Shown here: positions 1 through 13,404 of the stretch, in pieces
How positions within the stretch are numbered: the stretch's first letter is position 1
How the letters are laid out: each line of letters begins with the position of its first letter
NCBI GenBank assembly: GCA_028826165.1
Contig: JAPDFW010000128.1
Span: 1-64,000 of the forward strand
Reading direction: 5' to 3'
Length of the DNA: 64,000 bases
Source: Anaeramoeba ignava BMAN
Lineage: Eukaryota; Protista; Anaeramoebae
Notes under the pieces: model-generated
The model's database searches: none
The model's input: only the letters and a program-made list of their open reading frames with translations
Told to the model about the DNA's origin: nothing
Program-made: the position numbers and the translations under genes

Positions 1-1133
1 AGACTGAGGATGTCTGAAGCACGCATATTTTTGGAAGTGTGAGCAACAACAGATTCCGAATTAGAATTCAAATTATACGCTAAAATGGACTCGTTTTTAA
101 AGTAAATAATATTGTTTTCATTCGAGCAAAAAGCGGGTCTTTCGCTGTTCAATTTGAATACAAAAACACCGTGATCATGAGCAGCGGCGAAGAGGGTGCT
201 ACTTGGATGAGCAGCAACAGCCCAGAATTTGCTTCCTTCCTTGCGGAAAGTTTTTGTATTGATGTTTTTCTGTATGTTCCAAACACGCAAAGTTGAGTCT
301 TCTGAAGTTGAGAGAACAAGATTATCAACTGGGTCGAAAATGGCGCAAGAAATTGACGAGCGATGGCCGTTGAATGTGTCCATAAGCCAGGCTTGAGTGT
401 CTGAAATTTTCCAGAGTTTCAAAGTGTTGTCATTTGATCCTGAAATAATAAGCGGTAATTCAGGATGAAAACTTGCCCAATTAACACCTTTTTCATGGTC
501 TTCAAGAATAAATTTAAGCATAACGTCAGTTGATCCAAAAAGATCACTTTGAAGTTCCGAAATTGAATTCGGACCGTTAGTTAAAAAATTTGCCTGTTCA
601 GTATTTGGAGCAACGGAAAAATATTTATTTTTCAATCCAGTGATGTCCCAAACCCTTATAGTGTTGTCTAAACTTGACGAGATGATCAAATCCTTTTTTT
701 CATGGAAAGCGGCGCTTGTTACAAAGTGGTCATGACCAGATATAACGGAAATGCAGGTGCGATTCTGCCAGTTCCAGATCCGCATCGTTTGATCATCTGA
801 TGAGCTGATAAGCCATGGATACTCGTTATGGAACTGAACGCTCCGAATGTAGTCAATATGTCCGCTCAGCTCAAAGATGCATTTGTTTTGCTTGTAGTTC
901 CAAACTCTCACGATCCCGTCTTCTCCTCCTGATGCGAAAAGTGGTTGATTTGGATGGAAATCTATCCCGCTTACTTCCCCTTTGTGTTGATCATATCTTC
1001 CAATTCGTAGTTTGCTTCGATAATCCCAGATCTCTATTGTTCCGTTAGAAAATCCGTTTATTATCCAGGGTCTTGTTGCGTGGAATTTTATACATTTTAT
1101 TCTTTTCGTTTTTATATCAAATTTTATTTTCAT
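1..1133 (-). CDS. COPA: Coatomer subunit alpha, N-terminal WD40 region; runs off the left edge
   Basis: Manual translation from ATG at 1133: MKIKFDIKTKRIKCIKFHATRPW...GHIDYIRSVQFHNEYPWLISSSDDQTMRIWNWQNRTCISVISGHDHFV...HEKGVNWASFHPELPLIISG, matching alpha-COP motifs. Absent from the ORF track because no stop lies inside the window. Confidence 0.93.
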   Translation of the reverse strand, partial: MKIKFDIKTKRIKCIKFHATRPWIINGFSNGTIEIWDYRSKLRIGRYDQHKGEVSGIDFHPNQPLFASGGEDGIVRVWNYKQNKCIFELSGHIDYIRSVQFHNEYPWLISSSDDQTMRIWNWQNRTCISVISGHDHFVTSAAFHEKKDLIISSSLDNTIRVWDITGLKNKYFSVAPNTEQANFLTNGPNSISELQSDLFGSTDVMLKFILEDHEKGVNWASFHPELPLIISGSNDNTLKLWKISDTQAWLMDTFNGHRSSISCAIFDPVDNLVLSTSEDSTLRVWNIQKNINTKTFRKEGSKFWAVAAHPSSTLFAAAHDHGVFVFKLNSERPAFCSNENNIIYFKNESILAYNLNSNSESVVAHTSKNMRASDILS

Positions 1134-1261
1134 TTTTTTAATAAAGAAAAAAAATGAAAATTTAAATTTAAAAAATTATTAAAAAAAAATTTTTATTTTC
1201 AATTTTTTAAAAAAGAAAAGAAAACTTTTTTTATTCTTTTTATTTTTTAACAAATAATAAA

Positions 1262-2750
1262 AAAATTTGTTTCCAATTTAAATTTCATTTTAAATCCATT
1301 TCCAATTTTCATTCCTTTTTTCTTTTTTTTAAATTTGTTTTAAATTTCATTTTTAAATTTCATTTTAAATTTCATTTTAAATTTCATTTTAAATTTCATT
1401 TTAAATTTGTTTTCAATTTGTTTTAAATTTGTTTTTAAATTTCATTTTTAAATTTCATTTTAAATTTCATTTTAAAATTCATTTTAAATTTGTTTTAAAT
1501 TTCATTTTAAATTTCATTTTAAATTTGTTTTTAAATTTGTTTTTAAATTTCATTTTAAATTTCATTTTAAATTTCATTTTAAATTTGTTTTAAATCTATT
1601 TTTAAATTTCATTTTAAATTTCATTTTAAATTTCATTTTAAATTTGTTTTTAATTTGTTTTAAATTTGTTTTTAAATTTCATTTTAAATTTGTTTTAAAT
1701 TTGTTTTTAAATTTCATTTTAAATTTCATTTTTAAATTTCATTTTTAAATTTCATTTTAAATTTCATTTTAAATTTCATTTTAAATTTGTTTTAAATTTA
1801 TTTCTAAATTTCATTTTAAATTTGTTTTAAATTTCTTTTTAAATTTCTTTTAAAATTGTTTTAAATCTATTTCCAATTTTCATTCCTTTTTTCTTTTTTT
1901 TAAATTTGTTTTAAATTTGTTTTAAATTTCATTTTAAATTTCATTTTAAATTTCATTTTAAATTTCATTTTAAATTTCATTTTAAATTTCATTTTAAATT
2001 TCATTTTAAATTTGTTTTAAATTTGTTTTTAAATTTGTTTTAAATTTGTTTTAAATTTCTTTTTAAATTTGTTTTTAAATTTCATTTTAAAATTTGTTTT
2101 AAATTTATTTCTAAATTTCATTTTAAAATTTCATTTTAAATTTATTTTTAAATTTCATTTTAAATTTATTTTTAAATTTCATTTTAAATTTCATTTTAAA
2201 TTTCATTTTAAAATTTCATTTTAAATTTCATTTTAAATTTCATTTTAAATTTATTTTTAAATTTCATTTTAAATTTCATTTTAAATTTGTTTTAAATTTG
2301 TTTTTAAATTTCATTTTAAATTTGTTTTAAATTTGTTTTTAAATTTCATTTTAAATTTCATTTTTAAATTTCATTTTTAAATTTCATTTTAAATTTCATT
2401 TTTAAATTTCATTTTAAATTTCTTTTTAATTTCTTTTTTAATTTCATTTTTAAATTTGTTTTTAAATTTCATTTTAAATTTGTTTTAAATTTCATTTTAA
2501 ATTTGTTTTTAAATTTGTTTTAAATTTGTTTTAAATTTGTTTTAAATTTGTTTTAAATTTGTTTTAAATTTCATTTTAAATTTCATTTTAAATTTCATTT
2601 TAAATTTCATTTTAAATTTGTTTTAAATTTGTTTTTAAATTCATTTTAAATTTCATTTTAAATTTCATTTTTAAATTTCATTTTAATTTCATTTTAAATT
2701 TCTTTTCAAAATTCTTTTTAAATTTGTTGAAATTTCCTTTTTAAATTGTT
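1262..2750. repeat. Intergenic minisatellite, 11-12 bp unit TTTTAAATTT(CA/G)
   Basis: About 1.5 kb of tandem ttttaaatttca / ttttaaatttg units. A unique segment (atttccaattttcattccttttt) occurs twice, near 1298 and 1869, indicating a higher-order duplication. Confidence 0.9.
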
Positions 2751-5700
2751 TTAAATTTGTTGGAAATTCCCAAAAGGTACATTCTCTTGAATTTTAAAAG
2801 ACTTTTCCCACATCTCTTTCTCAGAAAAAATATTCGATTCATCATAAAAAAAATTTTGTATAATTTCAACAGGTTTAAATAAAAAAGGAATTTTTTGGAA
2901 ACTTTTGAGTTGTTTAACAGCCAAAAACATTCTTTTTCTTTTCTTCCAAAAAATCAAATTATTCGCAACACGATTTGGCATTTCTTCAATTTTCGCCAAA
3001 TCAGAAAGATAATAACCAAGAAAAGGAACTGAAGGTGGTTGAATTTTTGACAGTTTTTCTCTGAGCTCTCTAAATCCACCCAAAGCACTTGTTAGATCAT
3101 CAAAACTCTTGTATTTGCTCATAAATTTGGGTGAAACTAATTGCCAGGTTTTGCTTAAACGATCCACAGTGACATGTTGCAATCCAGAAATAATAGCAAC
3201 TCCATCATTATAATTTTGCATTTCAAAAAGACAATCCATCAATTTGATTAATTGCTCAATGAACTTCACTCGCTCTTTCATTTTTGAATAAAGAAGCACG
3301 TTGCATGTCACCCAATTCGCAAGATGATCGAACCAACTCACCGTCTCAATTACATTCGGACTGATCAAGTTTTTGTTCCGTTTCGTCCATGCTGTGCCAA
3401 GAAGCTCTTTTGTCTGTATTTTTGAGAATTTGCTGAATGTCACAAGAGTCAGTTGTCTTGCTGCCTCTTCAGGTGATATTTTGAATAATGTCAGCTTCTT
3501 TATGTTTTTGATCCGCGGAACTTTTGATTTCGGTATTTTTGTGATCGGATACTCATTTTGTGTTTTTTCAAATTCTATCATTTTTTCCATTTCATTATCA
3601 GTGCTTTCATCATCAAAACGTGCTTCTTTTGTTTCTTGTATTCGAACACTTTTGCTATTTTTCAATTCCTTCTTCTCGTTTTCCTTTTCTTTGATTTTTT
3701 ATTGATTTTGATTTTGGATTTTGATTTTTCTTTTATTTTTGATTTGGATTTTGATTTTTGCAGTTTTTCTAAATCAGAAAAAATGTTTTTTTCTGGTTCT
3801 TGATCAGGAATTGAGTTTTGAAGAAAATCAACAATCTTCAAACCTTTATGTTGAAATTTGATGCTTTTATGTTGAATAAGATGATTTTGGATAAAATTTT
3901 GAATCAGTGATTTTGTTTCATGTCGAATTGTTGTTCGACTCACAATACAAAATAGAATGATAATGTGAACTATTCTTGATTGAATTTTTGTCTTTTCTTC
4001 CAAACTAAATTCAGTATTTGTTTTTGGATTGATTGCAGGCATTTGGAAAACATCAAATAATTTCTGAAGAAATATTTCATCTTCAGTGATTGTTGTCAGT
4101 AATTCAATAAACATTTTCGCAAATTCATCAACATTTTCTTCGGTGAAAACAAGCATTTCAATTGCTTTATTCAAACTTGATGCCTTTGTTCTTTCAATTT
4201 CATTTCCATTTCCATTCAAAGAATTGTTATTTTTGTTGTTATTTTCATTTTGTTGAGAATCTGGTTCGTAAATTATTGATTTGTAATTTGCTCCAAATTC
4301 CTCCCAAAATGGAAGTTTATCTAAATTATTATCAACAGAATTTTCCTCCAATTCTCTTTTTTTTAAAATTTCATATTGCGATTTTGTGATGATTTTCTGG
4401 TTTTTAGTGTCAATAGTAACTTCTTCGAAATCAAAAATTTCCTCAATTTTTTCATTACTTAAAACTAAATTCAAATCCATTTGAGGATCTTTATTTCGAT
4501 TTGTTTCGTAATCATCAAAAGAAAGAGATCCATCAAAAAATTCTTGCATTTGCGAATACTGTTGTTTGATTCCTAATTCAGACTCGTTTTGAATCAACTT
4601 GAGATTATCACCAACTTTTATTCCTTGCAAATTAAAAGGCAAATCTTCTGATAAAAAATTCAATTCAACAATTTTCTTGTTTTTTTCCTTTTTGTTTTGA
4701 TTCTTTTTGATTTGATTGATAATATTTTCATCCTCAGACAAATTTTCCGAATTCAAATCAGTCTCAAAATCTTCTGTACTTAATTCATCATATCCATAAA
4801 TCACTTGGAAAAGAGAAAATTTAGAGTCTGTCCAATTACAATAAGCTTTTGTGAATTCTTTGATGAAAATTTTTGTTTGAATTGTAAAATCGATAATAAT
4901 TTTCATTTCCTTTTGAATAATTTTCTTTTCTGATTGATTATCAAGAATAGGATAAGAAATTGTAACTTCTCCAGGTTTTGGTTGAAAAACTGAATAAATA
5001 TATCCGCCAACCTTTATAAGATTAAAATTTAAAATTAAAATTAAAATTAAAATTAAAATTAAAATTAAAATTAAAATTAAAATTAAAATTAAAATTAAAA
5101 TTTGAAATTAAAATTAAATTTAAAATTAAAATTTAAATTAAAATTAAAATTAAAATTAAAATTAAAATTAAAATTAAAATTAAAATTGAAATTTAAAATT
5201 AAAATTAAAATTAAAATTAAAATTTGAAATTAAAATTAAAATTAAAATTAAAATTAAAATTAAATTGATTTTTTTACATAATATTGACAAATATAACTGA
5301 AAAATGTTCTTTGTTTCTCATCTTCCATCCAAACTCCAAATGCTGCTTCAGGAATCGAAGTTGAAAATCCATCTTTGAAAAATTTATTTTTATCCGATGA
5401 AACAAAAGAAAGTTGTGGAATTTCATAAGATGATTCTGAATCCGATGATTCTGAATCAAGTATTTTTTTGGTTTCCTTTTTGATTGTTTTTTTGGGAATT
5501 TTTAAAAGTAATCCATATTCCTGTTTTGTGGTTTGCAAATCAAAACACAACTTTGCCAAAGCTGTTGATATTAATGTATTCACAGGAAAACTTGTGTGTT
5601 TTTGTTTTAATTCATGCGGATTCTGTGGGAGAATCACATCAATTTTTGGAGGTGGTTTTTTACGAAACTGCAAATTTTGATTTGAATATAAAATTATGGG

Positions 5701-8467
5701 AGAATCAGAAGGAATAAAATTCCCATCAAATATTGTTGGGTTTTCAACATTGAATGAAGTAAATGATTTCAATTTTTGAACTTCCATTCTGGGTGTTGTT
5801 GGTTGAGTTTCCAAATTAAAAGTTGCAAAAATTCCATATTCTTCCGTTATTGAATTTACTGATTTCAAAAATTCATCAACAACATCTTTTGCTGTTGTTT
5901 TTTCTGTTACTTTAAATGGTGATGCATTTCCATCAGGTAAAGTAATTGAAAAATTGTGTGAAACTGTTGGATTTTTCCTTTTGCTCACTTTATCACTTTC
6001 ATTTTGATTTTCATCCATTTTTAAATCATCATTTGATGGAATTGAAATTGTAAGTCCTAATTTCTCTCCATTTTGTTTGCGAATTTCTTCCAATTTTGGT
6101 AATTCCTTTTGTTTCTATTTATATTATATTATATTATATTATTATATATTATTTTTTTTTTGTTAGAAGAAAAAAGAAGATGTGAAATTTTAATTCAAAT
6201 GATTTACTTTATCAAATAAATCAAAATCAAAATCATAATCTTCTAATTTTTGTTTTGATGAATCAGGCAAATCTTCCACAAATTTTTGTAAATTTATAAA
6301 GAATTTATCATCCAATTCAACATTTGCTGAAATGAGAATTTTTGTGATTCTTCCCATTAATGTAAGTCCACAAATTTGAATATCTTTTGGGATTGATTGT
6401 GCTTGCAAAATCTCCAGAAGTCTTACAAAATCAATCTGGAAATTTGTAATTTTGGGAAATTTCGGTTTGTTAATTTCAGGAAAATAGGAACGTAAAAGAT
6501 CAAATAAACATAACGGAATCACAAGAGGAATAACTAAAGATTCCACTTCAATATTAATTAAAGCAATATCTGCTTTTTTGGCAAGTTCTGAAAAGAATGA
6601 ACTATTTTTGGTCAGATTTATTAATGTTTTGATCACATTAATTCTTTTTTTGTGACTTGCTTTTTGATCAACTCTTTTCATTTGTAAAGGTTTTTTCTTT
6701 CTAAAAGAAAAAAAAGTGAGAATTATTTTTATATATTTTTTTTTGCCAGAAAACATATTAGGGAAAAAGTAAGAATTTGTTATTAATTAAAAAAAAATTG
6801 TTTTACTTTTCAACTTTTTTGAGATAAACAAAAGGAGAATCTGGAAGGCATGTAAGTACAAAATAAAATAAGGCTATTCCTTTTATTCCAATTAAACTTT
6901 TCAATTTTCTCATTAATTGTCTACTAAAAACCTTAAACATTTTACTATACATTGCCATCCAAACAAGCATTTTATCATTAGAAACTGCTGTATTTACTCG
7001 ATAATTTCCAGTAATTTTTGATGAAGTTGGTTTGATATCTTTTGTATTTGGATTTATATTTTGATTTTCTTTATTTTCCTCCATTTCTTTATTTTCAATT
7101 TGGTTATTATCTATATGATTTGTTTTATTTTCTTGAGTTTCCGTTTGTGATATATTTTCTTGATCTATTAAATCTACTTTTTCTTTTTTGGAATGATTAA
7201 AAAAATTTGAATAAATTTATATCTTTTTTTTTTTTTTACTTTCTGCTTTTTTTCTTCTTAAGTGTTTTCTATTAGAGAATGGTGCTGGAATTTGAAATTC
7301 AAATCTATCTGAAATTGGTGTTGTTGTCATTGAGAGATCATCTGATTCTTCTTTATTTAATGCAAGAAATCTTCTTTTTTTTTCTGTAGAAAGGGATTCA
7401 ATAATTCTTCTCTGATTTGAATCCAAACTAAATTTTTATATACAATTTATATAAATTTTGATATACAATTTATATAAATTTTGATATACAATTTATATAA
7501 TTTTTGATATAAATTTTGATATACAATTTATATAAATTTAATTAATTTAATTATAAATTTAATTATAAATTTTAATTATAAATTTCATTATAATTTTCAT
7601 TATAATTTTCATTATAATTTTCATTATAATTTTCATTATAATTTTCATTATAATTTTCATTATAATTTTCATTATAATTTTCATTATAATTTTCATTATA
7701 ATTTTCATTATAATTTTCATTTTAATTTTAATTTTAATTTTTTAATTTTCATTTTAATTTTCATTTAAATTTTCATTTTAATTTTCATTATAATTTTCAT
7801 TATAAATTTCATTTTAATTTTAATTATAAATTTCATTATAATTTAGATGGTAATACTCCCAAGAATTTAATAATTGTTCTAATTTAGATTCAACTAAATC
7901 ATCAGAAATTTGATAAACAGAATTATCTTTTTCTAAATATTCTGGAAGAATAAATGTATTTTTCTTTCTTTTGCCTTTATTTGGAGCAAGAGTAACTGGT
8001 CTTTGATGAACAGAAGATAAAGATCTTGATAGTTTAGCTGGTTTAATAGGTTTTTGTGAAATTTTATCACCTTTTTTATTTGATAAATTGTTTTTTATTT
8101 GATTTAAATTGTTTTTCATTTGATTTAAATTGTTTTTTTAAAATTGTTGTTTTTTTTTTTTTAAATTGTTTTTAAATTTGATTTTTTTTTAAAATTGTTT
8201 TTCAATCAAATAAAAACCTTCAAGATTTTGTTTTGTTTCTTTTAATAAAACTGGTTTTTCTCTTGCTTTTTTTATATCTAAATTCTTTTTAATTTCACTT
8301 AAAACTTGATTAACTTCTTTTGAATTCAACTTTTTTTAAATTGAAAAAAAATTTCAATTAAATAAAAATTTGATTTCTTTTTTATTCGATTAAGATTTAA
8401 AAATTAAATTTACTTGTGGTTTTAAATTGTTTTCTGATTGAAATGAAAAGTGTTTTCTTAATGACAT
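2751..8467 (-). CDS. Multi-exon Ras guanine-nucleotide exchange factor (ubiquitin-like RA/FERM-type folds, REM, CDC25 domain); one apparent frameshift near 3695-3700
   Basis: ATG at 8467. About 8 exons joined in frame by GT-AG introns (approx. 8414-8467, 8218-8329, 7857-8070, 7240-7427, 6807-7164, 6209-6701, 5278-6114, 2751-5011). CDC25 motifs PEEAARQLTL, NYNDGVAIISGL, RLSKTW, PSVPFLGYYLSDL; REM-like KASSLNKAIEML; RA-like FSITLPDG...VTEKTTAKDVV. Confidence 0.85.
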
Positions 8468-8829
8468 TATTTATTTAAATTCTTTTTTTTTTGTTTTTAA
8501 ATTTTGTTTGGATCGTTAAAATCGAAAAAAAAATTTTTTTTTATAAAATAGATTGTGAAAGGATTAAATTAAATGATTAAATAAATAAATTTTGTTGTTT
8601 TTGTTTGATTTACAAAAAAACTAATTAACAAAAATAAAATGAATTTAATTGAAATAAAAGAAAAAAGAAAAATGAAAAAAAAAATGAATTAAGAAAAAAT
8701 AAATTTTTAAATTAAATTTTTTTTTAATTAAAAAACAAAAGAAAAACAAAAAAAAACAAAAAAAAACAAAAGAAAAAGACTTTTTCAAAATCAATTAATT
8801 TGAGATTATTTTTTTGGATACAAATTCTT

Positions 8830-11800
8830 TTACATAACAAAACAACATTTTTTGTGATTATTTATGTATTTATCATAAGGAACATTCTTTTGAAAATCCT
8901 TTTGATTTTGAAAATTTTCATGATCATAATTTTCCATTTCAATTTCAAGATTATTTGGTTCAAAACTTCTTCCTTGTTGTTGAATTCTTTTAAGCTGTTG
9001 TTCAAACAACTCAGCATTTTGAGGAGAAGTTGGGTCATAAACCACAACTGGTTTTTGTGGTGTTCCATTAAGAGGGAATTAATAGGTGTTTGATTAGTAA
9101 ATTGATTTGGATTTTGATTATTTTCTTGTGATTGAATTGGTCTAAATGAAGTATTTCGAGCTATAACTGGACTTAAACTATTTGTTTCCATTAAATTCTT
9201 GGAAAATCTTGGGTTTTTAGTATTAATTTCTTGTAATTGTCCTGATTGATTTTGACCTGCATTTCCATGTTTTGAATGTTTTCTAAAATATTCAAATCAA
9301 ATATTAAATTAAATATTAAAATAAATATTAAATTAAATATTAAAATAAATATTGAAATAAATATTAAAATAAATATTTAAATTAAATATTGAAATAAATA
9401 TTGAAATAAATATTTAAATTAATATTAAAATAAATATTGAAATAAATATTAAAATAATTTACTGTGAATTGCTTTCAGAATTTTGTGAAATTTCCCAATC
9501 AAATGGATAATTATCATCAAAATGATAACGTAAATAAGTTTCTCGAAGTAAATTTCTTAAATATTGATAATTAGGTTTATCTTCATATTTCAAATCTATT
9601 TTTGGAAACAACAAAATTAAAAACAGAAAAGAATAAAAATAATTATAATAATAATAATTACTGTCAACATGATCAGAAAATTTTGCAAATTCAGGTGGTA
9701 ATCCTTGACATAAAGATGAAGGTGTATATTTAATTTTCATTTCTTTGATTTCATCTTTCTCTTTTAATTTTCTCCATGGTAATTGTCCAATTAAAAATTC
9801 AATTAAAAGATAAAACAAAGACCATAAATCATCTCTTCTTCCAAGTTCCTTTTTAATTTATGATTATTATTATTATTATTTTAAATAAAAAAATAATTGG
9901 GAAGAAATTTAATATTTATTTTACTTCTGATTTATGTGATGCTATTGAAGCATATCTTGCAGTTCCTCTAAATCCAATATTTTGTCTTGCCTAAATTATT
10001 ATATTTTATAATTAAATTATATTTTGTAAATAAATTATATTTTGGAATTAAATTATATTTTGTAATTAAATTATATTTTATAAATAAATTATATTTTATA
10101 AATAAATTATATTTTATAATTAAATTATATTTTATAATTAAATATTATTTTATAAATAAATTATATTTTAGAAATAAATTATATTTTGTAATTAAATTAT
10201 ATTTTGGAAATAAATTATATTTTGTAAATAAATTATATTTTATAATTAAATTATATTTTGTAATTAAATAATATTTTATAAATAAATTATATTTTATAAA
10301 TAAATTATATTTTATAATTAAATTATATTTTATAAATAAATATATTTTGTAATTAAATTATATTTTATAAATAAATTATATTTTGTAATTAAATTATATT
10401 TTATAATTAAATTATATTTTATAATTAAATTATATTTTGTAAATAAATTATATTTTATAAATAAATTATATTTTTGTAGATAAATTATATTTTGGAATTA
10501 AATTATATTTTTGGAAATAAATTATATTTTGGAAATAAATTATATTTTTATAAATAAATTATATTTTATAAATAAATTATATTTTGGAATTAAATTATAT
10601 TTTATAAATAAATTATATTTTATAAATAAATTATATTTTAGAATTAAATTATATTTTAGAATTAAATTATATTTTAAATAAATTATATTTTATAAATAAA
10701 TTATATTTTATAAATAAATTATATTTTGTAAATAAATTATATATTTTGTAATTAAATTATATTTTATATTTAAATTATATTTTGTAATTAAATTATATTT
10801 TATAAATAAATTATATTTTATAAATAAATTATATTTTATAAATAAATTATATTTTATAAATAAATTATATTTTGTAATTAAATTATATTTTATAAATAAA
10901 TTATATTTTGTAAATAAATTATATTTTTGTAAATTAAATTATATTTTATAAATAAATTATATTTTGTAATTAAATTATATTTTGTAATTAAATTATATTT
11001 TATAATTAAATTATATTTTGTAATTAAATTATATTTTGGAAATAAATTATATTTTGTAAATAAATTATATTTTATAATTAGAATTATATTTTGTAATTAA
11101 ATTATATTTTTATAATTAAATTATATTTTATAAATAAATATATTTTGTAATTAAATTATATTTTGTAATTAAATTATATTTTTATAATTAAATTATATTT
11201 TGTAATTAAATTATATTTTGTAATTAAATTATATTTTGTAATTAAATTATATTTTGTAATTAAATTATATTTTTGTAATTAAATTATATTTTATAATTAA
11301 ATTATATTTTATAATTAAAATATATTTTATAATTAAATTATATTTTATAATTAAATTATATTTTATAATTAAATTATATTTTGTAAATAAATTATATTTT
11401 ATAAATAAATTATATTTTGGAATTAAATTATATTTTTAAAATAAATTATATTTTATAATTAAATTATATTTTGGAATTAAATTATATTTTATAAATAAAA
11501 TTATATTTTATAATTAAATTATATTTTTATAATTAAATTATATTTTATAATTAAATTATATTTTATAATTAAATTATATTTTGTAAATAAATTATATTTT
11601 TATTAAATAATATTTTGTAAAAAAAATAATATTTTATAAATAAATTATATTTTGTAAATAAATTATATTTTAGAATTAAATTATATTTTATAATTAAATT
11701 ATATTTTATAAATAAATTATATTTTATAAATAAATTATATTTTATAAATAAATTATATTTTATAAATAAATTATATTTTATAGATAAATTATATTTTATA

Positions 11801-13224
11801 AATAAATTATATTTTGGAAATAAATTATATTTTATAATTAAATTATATTTTGTAATTAAATAATATATTTTGTAATTAAATTATATTTTGTAATTAAATA
11901 ATATTTTATAATTAAATTATATTTTATAAATAAATTATATTTTATAATTAAATTATATTTTATAAATAAATTATATTTTGTAATTAAATTATATTTTGTA
12001 ATTTAAATAATATTTTATAAATAAATTATATTTTGTAATTAAATAATATTTTATAATTAAATTATATTTTATAAATAAATTATATTTTATAATTAAATTA
12101 TATTTTATAAATAAATTATATTTTATAAATAAATTATATTTTATAATTAAATTATATTTTGTAAATAAATTATATTTTATAAATAAATTATATTTTGGAA
12201 TTAAATTATATTTTATAAATAAATTATATTTTATAAATAAATTATATTTTATAAATAAATTATATTTTATAAATAAATTATATTTTATAAATAAATTATA
12301 TTTTATAATTAAATTATATTTTATAATTAAATTATATTTTATAATTAAATTATATTTTATAAATAAATTATATTTTATAAATAAAGATCTTTGTGGAATT
12401 TAAGCATATTTTGGGGATTAAATTATAAATTATAAATTACAGGTCGAATTTGAAAATTTGAATCAAGATATTTTCTGGCTAATCCAAAATCAATAATACA
12501 ACAAAATGATTGACCTTTATGACAATTTCTTCTCAAAGCAAAATTTGACTAAAAAATAAAAGAAAATAAATAAGAAAATAAGAAAATAAAAATTTGATTT
12601 GTTTTTTCAAGAATAAATTACTGGCTTTATATCTCGATGTAAATAACCAGCTTCATGAACATCTTCTATTGCAGATATCATTTCAATTCCTAATCTTAAA
12701 GTAGTTCCTAAAGAAAATTTTCCTGTTGGCATTTTTCTTTTTAATTGTGCTAAATTATTCCCTAATAATTCCATAACAACATAATTATAATTTGGGATTC
12801 TGCCACATGAAATATAAATAGGTGCAAATGGAGAGTCTGTTTTCAAAGATTAATCCATATTTTTTAAATCAATTTTTTTTTTATTTTTTTGTTTTAATTT
12901 TTAATTGATTTTTGTTTTAATTTTTTTGTTTTAATTTTTTTGTTTTAATTTTTAATTATTTTTACCTTGAATTGATTTTAAAACAACAACTTCGAGTTTT
13001 AAAGACTCTCTTTTTTTGGCACATTCTTCCATTTTTACTGCTACATTTTTCTTTGTTTCAATATCTCTTGCTGCATAAATATCACCTTTTAAAAAAATTA
13101 AAATTAAAATTAAAAATTAAATTAAAAATTAAATTTAAAATTAAAATTAAAATAACTAACCAAAAGCTCCTTGTCCTATTTTTTTCTCAAGAATCCATCG
13201 ATTTCTTAATGTTGTACCAATCAT
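8830..13224 (-). CDS. Casein kinase 1 / tau-tubulin kinase family protein kinase, 8 exons, C-terminal CCFVM; one apparent frameshift near 9074-9076
   Basis: Exons 13161-13224, 12966-13085, 12622-12836, 12441-12548, 9925-9990, 9662-9848, 9463-9595, 8830-9282. They give IGQGAFG, VAVKME, LKLEV, MELLG, HRDIKPSNF, IIDFGLAR, FRGTARYAS, GRRDDLWS, LPW (TTBK-like). Confidence 0.9.
9993..12385. repeat. Intronic minisatellite, ~19-20 bp unit (AAATTATATTTT[A/G]TAA[A/T]T), filling a 2450-bp intron
   Basis: Tandem units throughout kinase intron 9991-12440, which has GT/AG ends on the minus strand. Confidence 0.92.
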
Positions 13225-13404
13225 ATTTATTTAAAAATGATCAAATCAATTCAAAATTATAAAATAAAGAAAATAAAGAAAAGAAAAGAAAAGAAAAGAA
13301 AAGCGAGAAAAAAAATAAAATAAAAAATGAGAAAATTTTGATCTTTTTTTCCTTTTTAAAAATTTTTTTCTTTTTTCATTTTTTTCATTTTTTTTCTTTT
13401 AAAA

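Noticed and set aside
9987-10271. ORFs in satellites (also 15182-15409, 17180-17401, 45090-46241)
   Set aside because: Stop-free frames of intronic or intergenic repeats with no protein features.
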